A DNA stretch of 64,000 nt from Atopobiaceae bacterium (GTDB lineage: Bacteria; Actinomycetota; Coriobacteriia; Coriobacteriales; Atopobiaceae), in assembly GCA_017513965.1 (NCBI GenBank), contig JAFWMI010000119.1, positions 8,922 to 72,921 of the forward strand, read 5' to 3'. The notes under the pieces were generated by a model, which did no database searches, was not told the origin of the DNA, and saw nothing but the letters and a program-made list of their open reading frames with translations. Every line of letters starts with the position of its first letter. Position 1 is the stretch's first letter. A program made the translations under genes and the position numbers. Shown here in pieces: positions 53,506 through 62,189 of this stretch.

Positions 53506-54501
53506 TTACAGGTTGAGGTCGCCACCAAAGATCTCGGTCGTGGGCTCGTTGCAATACACGTGATGAATCGCCTCGGCAAGCTCACGTGCAACCGACACCA
53601 TCTTAATCTTGGAGCCAGGCTGGTTGGCAACGGCGCAGGGCACCGAGTCCGTAATCACGCACTCCTCAATGGGAGCATTCTCCAAGCGCTCGATTGCCTT
53701 GCCAGTAAAGAGACCATGCGTGGCACACACGTAGATGTCTCCCGCACCCATCTCCTTGAGCTTGGCCAGCGATCCGCACAGCGTTCCCGCCGTGTCAATC
53801 ATGTCGTCGTTGATAATGCACGTCTTGCCGTCAATGTCACCAATAATGCCCATTACCTCGGCTTCGTTGTGCTTAGGACGGCTCTTGTGGGCAATGGCCA
53901 CCGAGCAGCCCAGGTGGTCGGCGAGCTTCTTGGCAGCCTTGGCGCGACCCATGTCGGGAGAAACGACCACGGTGTTATCCCAGTCGAAGTTCTTGGCCAT
54001 GAAGTAATCGCCAAGCAGGTAGAGTGCCGTGAGGTGCGTTACTGGAATGTCAAAGAAGCCCTGAATCTGCCCCTGGTGCAAATCGAGCGTAATAACACGA
54101 TCAAAACCCGCAGTCTCGAGCAGGTTGGCGACCAGTCTTGCCGTAATGGGCTCGCGGGAGTCCGACTTGCGGTCCTGGCGAGCATACGCGTAGTGGGGGA
54201 TAACCGCCGTGAGCGTTCCCACCGAGGCACGCGTTGCGGCATCGGCCGCAACGAGCAGCTCCATGAGCAGGTCGTTGATGTTCTGTCCGGCAATGGACTG
54301 CACAATGAAGACATCATCGCCACGAATGGACTCCTCAAACTTGGCATAGGTCTCGCCGTTGGCGAACTTCTCGAGTGTGAGGCCCGAGAGCTCCAGATGC
54401 AGAATTTGGGCAATGCGGCGTGCCAGCTCGGGATTGCCCGTCCCGCTATACAGCTTGATTTCCTTCTCGACGTTGAGCGGCTTGCTTAGAATCTCGTACA
54501 T
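53506..54501 (-). CDS. prs: Ribose-phosphate pyrophosphokinase
   Basis: KLYSGTGNPELARRIA, RQDRK, DLHQGQIQGFF and IINDDMIDTAGT are present. AGGAGGAAG RBS. The ATG directly abuts the glmU stop. Confidence 0.95.
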   Translation of the reverse strand: MYEILSKPLNVEKEIKLYSGTGNPELARRIAQILHLELSGLTLEKFANGETYAKFEESIRGDDVFIVQSIAGQNINDLLMELLVAADAATRASVGTLTAVIPHYAYARQDRKSDSREPITARLVANLLETAGFDRVITLDLHQGQIQGFFDIPVTHLTALYLLGDYFMAKNFDWDNTVVVSPDMGRAKAAKKLADHLGCSVAIAHKSRPKHNEAEVMGIIGDIDGKTCIINDDMIDTAGTLCGSLAKLKEMGAGDIYVCATHGLFTGKAIERLENAPIEECVITDSVPCAVANQPGSKIKMVSVARELAEAIHHVYCNEPTTEIFGGDLNL

Positions 54502-55893
54502 TTAGTCTTCCTCCTGCATTCTCTTGCGGCGCTCTGCCGCCCAGCCCTCAATGACCTGCTGCCTGGAACGCTCGAGCGCGAGCGCGTTGGCAGGAACGTC
54601 GCTTGTGATGCACGAGCTTGCACCCACAAGCGCTCCATCGCCAATGGTGACTGGAGCCACCATCATGGTGTCTGAGCCAATGAACACGTCGTTGCCGATG
54701 GTCGTGGGGCTCTTGTGCTTGCCGTCGTAGTTGCACGTAATGGACCCAGCGCCAATGTTGACTCCCGAGCCCATGGTCGTGTCGCCAATGTATGAGAGGT
54801 GCGGCACCTTTGAGCCCTGCCCAATGGTGGAGTTCTTTATCTCCACGTGCGTTCCCACATGGGACCCTTCGAGCAGATGGGTGCCAGGGCGCAGATATGC
54901 ACGCGGGCCAACCGTTACGCCAGACTCAATGACCGTGTCATAGCCAACAGTCTCCTCAACGCTTGTTCCATCGGCCACCTGCACGTTGGTGAGGCGCGTG
55001 TTGGGACCAATTACACAGTCCTCGCCCACGCTCGTCGTTCCCCACAGCATGGTTTGCGGCAGCAGCTCCGTATCACGCCCCACGGTTACCTCTGCCCCCA
55101 CCCAAACCTGATTGGGGTCGAGCATCGTGACGCCTTCGTCCATGAGGCGCTCGTTGATGCGCAGCTGCATGAGCTTGGCGGCCGTTGCAAGCTGGAATCG
55201 CGAGTTTACGCCCAACATCTGGGTGTAGTCCTCCACGAGCAATGCGTTTACGGGCTCACCCATACCAACAAAAATGTCCACCATATCGGTGAGGTAGTAC
55301 TCACCTTGGGCATTGTTGGTGCCGATCTTGTCGATATTGGCCGTGAGCCTGCCTCCGCAGAAGCAGTACATGCCCGAATTGCACTCGGTAAGCGTTTCTT
55401 GCTCTTCCGGAGTACAGTCTTTGTGCTCAACAATGGCAAGCACGGAGCCATCATCCGCGCGCTTGATGCGCCCGTAACCCGTGGGGTTAGGCGGGCGCAT
55501 GGTAAGCACGGTGCAGGCGTTGTGATGCTCGCGCGTCTCATCTACCAAAGACTTGATGGTTTCTGGCTTTACCAGTGGTGTGTCTCCGTATAGAACGACT
55601 GTGGGCCCTTCAAAGCCGCCAATGGCATCGCGCACGCAACGCACGGCGTGACCGGTTCCCAAGCGTTCAGTTTGCTCCACGCATTCCACGTCCGCATCGT
55701 TCGCAAAGATCGCACGCACCTCATCGGCACCGTTGCCAACGACCACGATGATACGGTCGGCGCCCGCCTTGCGCGCGGCGTCGACCGTCCACCATACCAG
55801 TGGTTTGTCCAGCAGCTTATGTGCGACCTTGGGATGACGGGACTTCATGCGCGTTCCTTCGCCGGCGGCGAGGACGATCGCGTTGATGGGCAT
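54502..55893 (-). CDS. glmU: Bifunctional UDP-N-acetylglucosamine pyrophosphorylase / GlcN-1-P N-acetyltransferase
   Basis: The ATG at 55893 is preceded by GGAGG. AIVLAAGEGTRMKS, YGDTPL and C-terminal left-handed beta-helix hexapeptide repeats are present. Confidence 0.95.
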   Translation of the reverse strand: MPINAIVLAAGEGTRMKSRHPKVAHKLLDKPLVWWTVDAARKAGADRIIVVVGNGADEVRAIFANDADVECVEQTERLGTGHAVRCVRDAIGGFEGPTVVLYGDTPLVKPETIKSLVDETREHHNACTVLTMRPPNPTGYGRIKRADDGSVLAIVEHKDCTPEEQETLTECNSGMYCFCGGRLTANIDKIGTNNAQGEYYLTDMVDIFVGMGEPVNALLVEDYTQMLGVNSRFQLATAAKLMQLRINERLMDEGVTMLDPNQVWVGAEVTVGRDTELLPQTMLWGTTSVGEDCVIGPNTRLTNVQVADGTSVEETVGYDTVIESGVTVGPRAYLRPGTHLLEGSHVGTHVEIKNSTIGQGSKVPHLSYIGDTTMGSGVNIGAGSITCNYDGKHKSPTTIGNDVFIGSDTMMVAPVTIGDGALVGASSCITSDVPANALALERSRQQVIEGWAAERRKRMQEED

Positions 55894-56025
55894 ATTGCCT
55901 CCAAGCAAAAAGGGTTGATGTCCCAAACTGCTTAACATTCTAGCGCAGTGTGTACCATACGGATGCGAAAAACAACCGAATACGGAAGTATCCGTTTGAA
56001 AAAAATGCGCCGTTATGTTAGGAGA

Positions 56026-57393
56026 CTACTTCTTGCTGCGCACAAAACCCAGCGCCTGCTTGAGCTGTTCGTGCTTTGGCCTGCCTGCGAGTCGCACCTT
56101 ATGCACATACGCAAGCACTTCTCCCATGAGCGGTCCCGGCTCAAGCCCCTCCTCAATCAGATCCTTTCCCGTAACGTGCGGCGCTGCCATACGTCGCCGA
56201 TATTCCTCAAGCATCTCGTTAAGCCTGTTCTCCACCTGAGCGTATGCCCTCCGCTCCTCTTGGATGCTCGCAAAGTCACGACCAAAATGATCCGCCTTGG
56301 CAAGCAGCAGCAAGTCCTCCGGACAAACGGACATGTCGAACGTCTTCATGTAACTCTTTACCTTTGCGCCGTCTGCCACCAGATGGTTGGGCCGCATATG
56401 CAACTCGACCATGTTGAGCACGTACGACGCGAGCTTTCGCTCGGTAGTAAGACGCTGAAGCTGCTGTTTTACCAATGGCAGGCCAGCCGTTTCGTGGCCA
56501 TACGCGTGAATGCGCCCATTCACCTCTTCCGTTGTTACAGCTTTGCCCAAATCATGACAAAGCGCGGCAACCATAAGACCCAGAGGGTACTGCGCCTGCT
56601 CTCGCAACGAGGCTGCCTCGTCTAGCACCATCATGGTGTGGTTCCAAACGTTGCCCTCTGGATGGTTCACAGGATCTTGTGGCACATCGCACAATGCGCC
56701 AACCTCAATAAACCAGTCATCCAGCTGCCCCATCGACCGCAGCTCCTCAAAGAACACCGAGGGATTGTCGGCCTTGAGCAGCGCCTTCTCTAGCTCTCCC
56801 ATAATACGCTCGCGAGAGAGCATGGAAAGGTCCATTGTCGCCGAGAGCTGTCGCGTCTCGGGTGCCACCTTAAACCCAAAACGTGCGGCAAACTGTGCGG
56901 CGCGCAACACGCGGAGCGGGTCCTCCACAAACGTTTTTGGATCAACATGGCGAATCAAACCTTGCGCCAAGTCGTCCAAGCCCGTAAAGAAGTCGAGCAC
57001 CTCGTCGGTCAGCACGTCTTGCATGAGTGCGTTGATGGTAAAGTCACGCCGCCTCGCGGCCTTGCGCTCCCCAATGAACGGGTCAACAAACACCGCAAAG
57101 TCCCTATGCCCTCTTCCCGTTGCCACTTCCGAACGCGGCATGGCAATGTCGAGGTCGTAATGACGCAGTCCCATAATCCCAAAGCTCGCGCCAACCGTCA
57201 TTCGCTCGCCTAGCCCATCCAAGATATGCTCGAGCTGCGACACCGAAATGCCATGCACCTCAATGTCCACATCCTTGTTCTCGCGGCCAAGTAGACGGTC
57301 TCTCACATAGCCACCTACAAAGAACGTACGCCCGCCGCACTCGGCAACGGCCGTTGCCACACGTTTTGCCATCTCCAAGTTCTTGTCGGCCAT
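56026..57393 (-). CDS. cca: CCA-adding tRNA nucleotidyltransferase with HD domain
   Basis: The ATG at 57393 is preceded by GAGGAGG. FFVGGYVRDRLLGRENKDVDIEV, RRDFTINAL and the HD region AALCHDLGK are present. Confidence 0.85.
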   Translation of the reverse strand: MADKNLEMAKRVATAVAECGGRTFFVGGYVRDRLLGRENKDVDIEVHGISVSQLEHILDGLGERMTVGASFGIMGLRHYDLDIAMPRSEVATGRGHRDFAVFVDPFIGERKAARRRDFTINALMQDVLTDEVLDFFTGLDDLAQGLIRHVDPKTFVEDPLRVLRAAQFAARFGFKVAPETRQLSATMDLSMLSRERIMGELEKALLKADNPSVFFEELRSMGQLDDWFIEVGALCDVPQDPVNHPEGNVWNHTMMVLDEAASLREQAQYPLGLMVAALCHDLGKAVTTEEVNGRIHAYGHETAGLPLVKQQLQRLTTERKLASYVLNMVELHMRPNHLVADGAKVKSYMKTFDMSVCPEDLLLLAKADHFGRDFASIQEERRAYAQVENRLNEMLEEYRRRMAAPHVTGKDLIEEGLEPGPLMGEVLAYVHKVRLAGRPKHEQLKQALGFVRSKK

Positions 57394-57589
57394 ACAACCA
57401 CCTCCTCGCTCGACCATCCCAATAGTAACGGGTCGTGCCGCAAATAGGTCTCCCGACAGTTGACATACGCCTCAAATTCTTACGTCCCTCGTTCAACCCT
57501 CCCCATCGAGCAAGAGAGAGACGTTTGTTTTTTTGGACACGTGATTCGTGATAGGATGGAACCAATCCACTCCAACAGAAAGGCCCCTC

Positions 57590-58288
57590 ATGCAACTCCA
57601 GGTCACACTCGATACGCCACGCGTAGACCAGTGCGAGGAGATCGTCGAGCAAATCCACGAGTACGTTGACATTGTCGAAGTGGGCAACCCACTCATTATA
57701 GAAACGGGGCTTGTGCTCGTAACGGCATTGCGCAACGAGTTTCCCGAGCTTGGGGTATGTGCGGATGCAAAGATTGTTAACTCGGGCCACTATATTGCGT
57801 CTCACTGCTTCGACAGAGGCGCAAGCATCGTTACGATAATGGGCGTTGCTGCGGACCAAACCGTCGAAGGCGCCGTTGCGGCAGCCGAACTCATGGGCGG
57901 AGCAATCATGGCCGACCTAACGGGCATCTCGGACATCCCAACGCGTGCGCGCGAACTCGAGGAGCTTGGCGTTAGGTACCTCTGCACGCATACCAGCTAC
58001 GAGGACAGGCAGCTTGCCAGCAACCCTCTGGCAGATGCGCGCCCCGGCATTGCAAAGGCCATTCGGTCCGTGCTGGGATACGACAATCCCCTTCGCGAAT
58101 TGGACCTTGTGCGAGCCAACACAACGGGAAAGGCACTCCCTGCCGTGGTGGGTCGCATTAGTGAGAACAACATCGACGAGGTCGTCGCGCACGAGCCGGA
58201 ACTCGTGCTCGTAGGACGTGCCATTGTGGGCACAATCAATCCCATGCAAGCCGCCGCAGACCTACGCGAGCATTTTCCACGCGCATAA
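57590..58288 (+). CDS. Second OMP-decarboxylase-suprafamily HPS/KGPDC-like protein (divergent paralog of 45466-46140)
   Basis: MQLQVTLD, VDIVEVGNP, CADAKIVNSG and THTSYE are present. The third position of the DxKxxD motif is Asn. No phosphohexulose isomerase gene is adjacent. Confidence 0.6.
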   Translation: MQLQVTLDTPRVDQCEEIVEQIHEYVDIVEVGNPLIIETGLVLVTALRNEFPELGVCADAKIVNSGHYIASHCFDRGASIVTIMGVAADQTVEGAVAAAELMGGAIMADLTGISDIPTRARELEELGVRYLCTHTSYEDRQLASNPLADARPGIAKAIRSVLGYDNPLRELDLVRANTTGKALPAVVGRISENNIDEVVAHEPELVLVGRAIVGTINPMQAAADLREHFPRA

Positions 58289-58290
58289 AT

Positions 58291-58320
58291 GCAATCGAGG
58301 GGACTGTCCCCCTCGATTGC
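58291..58320. terminator. Perfect 12-bp stem-loop between convergent genes
   Basis: The sequence is gcaatcgagggg actgtc cccctcgattgc. Confidence 0.55.
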
Positions 58321-58334
58321 AAGTCCCTCCGTTG

Positions 58335-58727
58335 CTATTGGAGTTGGGCATCGAGCTCACGAAGCTCTTCTGGTATCTCGTTGATGTTGGCGCCGAAGGC
58401 TTGGGCGATCGCCTCTGCCTGCTCCTTGCGCATCTGTCCCAATCCCACCTCGCCAGCTCGCTCATACGCCTCGCCTAGTCGGTTTAGCGCATAGGCGGCA
58501 TAGCCAGCCACGGCATCGCCCGTGCCCGAAAGCAACATCATGGTAACGAGCGAGTCGGGTGCGAGCGACATCGCCGTCTCCGGATCAAGCTGTACGAGCT
58601 CGGCAATCGCAGCTTCAACATCTTTCCCCGCATTGATGTCCCTCTGCACGAACACGCGCACGAGCGACTGGGATATGCCGTTAACGAATTGCTCAATCAC
58701 CTCGAGCAGATAGTCCCTATGCAACAT
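58335..58727 (-). CDS. Hypothetical helical protein (130 aa)
   Basis: The internal ATG at 58727 is preceded by GGGAGG. The composition is Ala/Glu/Leu-rich. No motif recognised. It is divergent from the Abi_2 gene. Confidence 0.5.
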   Translation of the reverse strand: MLHRDYLLEVIEQFVNGISQSLVRVFVQRDINAGKDVEAAIAELVQLDPETAMSLAPDSLVTMMLLSGTGDAVAGYAAYALNRLGEAYERAGEVGLGQMRKEQAEAIAQAFGANINEIPEELRELDAQLQ

Positions 58728-58818
58728 GCAAAGCCTCCCTCTTCGCTTGGTATGCTGCTTGATGGTACCATTCCATCGCAAACACATCTTTGGCACACGC
58801 AAAATAGAGGAAGGCACC

Positions 58819-59751
58819 ATGTTCAAAGAATACCTCGCAGCGTCTCAGTTGGTGGATCTCCTTACCAAGCGTGGGCTTGCATGCGACGAACGCACCGAAC
58901 GCACACTCCTACGCGAGGGTTACTACGCAATCATCAACGGATACGGCAAGTACTTTTTGGACGCTCAAACAACGCAAGCGACCGGAGAAGACCAGTACGC
59001 GCAGGGGTCTACGTTCCGTCAGGTTTACCGGCTCTTTCTCTTCGATCGTTCCCTGCGCATGCTCACCTTCAACCAACTCACAAAGATTGAGGGCATGCTC
59101 CGTTCGCTGGTATCCACATCATTCCTCGAGGCTCACGAAGACCCCGAGGCATATCTACAAGAGGCGTGCTTCTCGACTCGCGGCCACTACCTTCTTGGCG
59201 AGGCGTCATATGAGAGAGACCTCCGCAACTTGATGCGTGCTCTCACAAGATACGCGCGCGAACATGAGAACGACGAACGGGGAAGGGACGACGCTCGCCT
59301 TGCGCACTATCGCAATAACTACGACTACGTGCCTCTTTGGGTCGTGTTCAGCGACTTCTCGTTTGGGAACCTCTACTACTTTCTTGCCCTCATGAAACGC
59401 TCCGAACAAGAGGCTGTCTGTGCGCGCTTGAATACCGTCGTTGAGCGCGTCGACGCTTCCCAAACGCAGCGCACGAGAAAGACCCTCGTTCAGGACGTGG
59501 GGCTCTTGGTGGAAGTACGAAACATATGCGCACATGGTGAACGCCTCTTCGACGCATGCCTCGGTGAACGCGACACGCTTGACTACGCATCGTTTATACG
59601 CATCGTCAGCCGGTATCTGCCTGCCGCAGACATGCATGCGTTCGCCAAATCCCTTACCGACCTGTTTGACCAGCACACGGGAAGGGGCGAGCTCTTGGAC
59701 CGCGTGCTAAGCCATACTGGCATACGCGAAGCAGCACAACAATATTGCTAG
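58819..59751 (+). CDS. Abi_2 family (AbiD/AbiF-like) abortive-infection protein
   Basis: The ATG at 58819 is preceded by AGAGGAAGG. GYYAIINGYGKYF, FDRSLRMLTFNQLTKIEGMLRS, VPLWVVFSDFSFGNLYYF and VRNICAHGERLFD match the Abi_2 signature. The DNA is visibly AT-richer than the flanks. Confidence 0.75.
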   Translation: MFKEYLAASQLVDLLTKRGLACDERTERTLLREGYYAIINGYGKYFLDAQTTQATGEDQYAQGSTFRQVYRLFLFDRSLRMLTFNQLTKIEGMLRSLVSTSFLEAHEDPEAYLQEACFSTRGHYLLGEASYERDLRNLMRALTRYAREHENDERGRDDARLAHYRNNYDYVPLWVVFSDFSFGNLYYFLALMKRSEQEAVCARLNTVVERVDASQTQRTRKTLVQDVGLLVEVRNICAHGERLFDACLGERDTLDYASFIRIVSRYLPAADMHAFAKSLTDLFDQHTGRGELLDRVLSHTGIREAAQQYC

Positions 59752-59764
59752 TCCAAGCCAAACG

Positions 59765-60829
59765 CTAAGAAACCGGCGGTGTTATTCCCAAGTGTTCAAA
59801 TGCCGCAAGCGTAGCCTGCCGTCCCTGTGGCGTGCGAACAATGAGTCCTTGTTGTAGCAGGTAAGGCTCGTACACGTCCTCAAGTGTGGAAGCGTCCTCG
59901 GCAACAGCGCTCGCAATGGTGCTCAGGCCCACCGGCCGTCCCCTAAACGTTGAGGTAAGTGCTTGCAGTATCTTGATGTCCATCCAGTCGAGGCCAAGCT
60001 CGTCTATCTCAAAGAAGGTAAGCGCCTCTGCAGCAACGTTCCATGTTATTGCGCCGCCAGCTCTCACCTGGGCATAGTCTCGCACGCGCTTGAGCAGTCG
60101 ATTGGCAAGGCGCGGCGTACCCCTGCTACGCGACGCAATCTCCAAGGCGGCATCCTCGTCCATCTGCACCGACAAAAGCCGTGCGGACCTCTCAACAATG
60201 TGTGCCAAATTCTCAACCGAATAGTAATCGAGCCTATACGAGATGCCAAATCGGTCGCGCAGTGGGCCCGTAAGCAGGCCCGTGCGCGTGGTTGCCCCCA
60301 CCAGTGTGAATCGCGGAACATCAAGGCGAATGGAACGCGCCGCCGGGCCTTTGCCTATTACAATATCGAGGAAGAAATCCTCCATCGCCGGATAGAGAAC
60401 CTCCTCGACCTGATGATTCAGGCGATGAATCTCGTCCACAAAGAGCACGTCGCCTTCTTCGAGATTGGTAAGGATCGCTGCCAAGTCTCCCGTCCGCTCT
60501 ATTGCGGGACCCGAGGTTGTGCGCAGACGAGCACCCATCTCGTTGGCAACAATGCCAGCCAACGTCGTCTTGCCCAACCCGGGCGGCCCAGAGAAAATCA
60601 CGTGATCCAATGGCTCATGGCGATTTCGAGCGGCTTGGATGAGCACCTTGAGGTTCTCGCACACACGCTCTTGCCCGCAGTACTCAGAGAGTGTTTGCGG
60701 CCTGAGGCTACGCTCAACGTCAATGTCCTCGCCTGTAAGCTCGCCAGAGACGGATCGTCGTGCACCGCTCGTTCTGGCGGGCTTCGCGGCAACGTCGCCA
60801 AACAGGTCGTCCGCATCGGCTTCCCACAT
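59765..60829 (-). CDS. ruvB: Holliday junction branch migration helicase RuvB
   Basis: [35 protein letters not shown] and [17 protein letters not shown] are present. Confidence 0.95.
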   Translation of the reverse strand: MWEADADDLFGDVAAKPARTSGARRSVSGELTGEDIDVERSLRPQTLSEYCGQERVCENLKVLIQAARNRHEPLDHVIFSGPPGLGKTTLAGIVANEMGARLRTTSGPAIERTGDLAAILTNLEEGDVLFVDEIHRLNHQVEEVLYPAMEDFFLDIVIGKGPAARSIRLDVPRFTLVGATTRTGLLTGPLRDRFGISYRLDYYSVENLAHIVERSARLLSVQMDEDAALEIASRSRGTPRLANRLLKRVRDYAQVRAGGAITWNVAAEALTFFEIDELGLDWMDIKILQALTSTFRGRPVGLSTIASAVAEDASTLEDVYEPYLLQQGLIVRTPQGRQATLAAFEHLGITPPVS

Positions 60830-60830
60830 G

Positions 60831-61466
60831 CTACGACCTCCTTCCTAAGCGACGGAGCGCATACCCCAACACTGCCTCAACGGTAGTGGCTCCCGCGTCT
60901 TCGTAACCCTCAAGCGCCAACTCTGCCTCCTGCATAGTAAAGCCCATGGAAAGCAAGGCATCGGTCACATCCGTCTCAACGGAACTCACGGAGCGTTGTG
61001 CGGTTGGCACCTGAGCGCCTGCGTCCACGCCCCCACTGGCTAGCGCACGCAAAGAGGGGTCCTTGGCAAACACGTCGGCAAGCTCCATTATCAACCGCGA
61101 GGCGGTCTTCTTGCCTACGCCAGGCACCGTTGCCATACGCGTTGTGTCCTGCATGCTCACCACCGAGGCCAACGCAGAAGGAGTGAATGTGGAGAGCACC
61201 GAAAGAGCCAGCTTGGGACCCACATGAGACACGCTCACAAGCTTGTCAAAGAGCGTCCTCTCGTCGCGGGTAAGGAATCCGTATAAATCGATTGCCCCTT
61301 CTCGAACAACAAGACGCGTGAACAAAGACACGCCCGCGCTACCTACTGCCGGCAATGCCGATGCGGTGATGGCGGACACCCCCAACTCATAACCTACCCC
61401 CGCCACATCGAGCACTACCGAACCGGGCTGAACCTCAACCAACCTACCTGTTAGCAAAACAATCAT
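60831..61466 (-). CDS. ruvA: Holliday junction DNA-binding protein RuvA
   Basis: MIVLLTGRL...[38 protein letters not shown] and [16 protein letters not shown] (HhH) are present. Confidence 0.9.
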   Translation of the reverse strand: MIVLLTGRLVEVQPGSVVLDVAGVGYELGVSAITASALPAVGSAGVSLFTRLVVREGAIDLYGFLTRDERTLFDKLVSVSHVGPKLALSVLSTFTPSALASVVSMQDTTRMATVPGVGKKTASRLIMELADVFAKDPSLRALASGGVDAGAQVPTAQRSVSSVETDVTDALLSMGFTMQEAELALEGYEDAGATTVEAVLGYALRRLGRRS

Positions 61467-62131
61467 AGCGTTGATCTCCTACTCTGGCGAACATGACGCG
61501 CAGCGTTGCGATCGCGGGCACCACGCGCCACATGCGCCGCAGTGGCAGCAGCCGTAATCTCACGCGCCGCCTCTCTGTTCGCACGATCTTGCGCCTGCTC
61601 CTGCTCGAGCATTTGCACCGCCGCATGATCACGGGTTATCGATTGCGTACGCATGAGGTTGGCATGGCAGATGGCGGCAGCGAGTGCGTCTGCACAATGA
61701 TCGGGCCGGGGATCGTGATCGAGCGCAAGTACGTTACGCACCATATAGATCACTTGGCGCTTATCTGCAGCTCCCGTACCCACCACAGCCTGTTTAATCT
61801 GCATGGGCGTATATTCCCCAACCACAAGGCCGGCCTGCGCGCATGCGACGATTGCGGCCCCACGTGCGTGCGCCGTTGCCATGGCAGAGCGCACGTTCTC
61901 TCCAAAGAACACCTTTTCTATTGCCATCTGAGTTGGACGATACCGCTCGATGGCTTCGGACAGCTGCTCAAAAATCTGTCCAAGGCGTATGGCAATGGGC
62001 TCGGAGGCTTTGGTGGTCACGCATCCGTAGGCACGGGCGCGAACCGTGGACCCTCTCGTTTCCACAACACCCCAACCAGTGTTTGCAAGCCCTGGATCAA
62101 TGCCCAGAATTACCACGCCACGCCTCCCCAA
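61463..62131 (-). CDS. ruvC: Crossover junction endodeoxyribonuclease RuvC (with basic C-terminal extension)
   Basis: ILGIDPGLANTGWGVVE, MAIEKVFF and PDHCADALAAAICH are present. The stop overlaps the ruvA start. The true start may be slightly internal. Confidence 0.9.
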   Translation of the reverse strand: MGRRGVVILGIDPGLANTGWGVVETRGSTVRARAYGCVTTKASEPIAIRLGQIFEQLSEAIERYRPTQMAIEKVFFGENVRSAMATAHARGAAIVACAQAGLVVGEYTPMQIKQAVVGTGAADKRQVIYMVRNVLALDHDPRPDHCADALAAAICHANLMRTQSITRDHAAVQMLEQEQAQDRANREAAREITAAATAAHVARGARDRNAARHVRQSRRSTL

Positions 62132-62189
62132 CCCTACGTTTGGAATACGAACGATTGTTCTATACTATCACATTGTTTAGTACCGCGAC

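Noticed and set aside
53383-54489. 368-aa plus-strand ORF antisense to prs
   Set aside because: It is a shadow ORF. prs on the minus strand is unambiguous.
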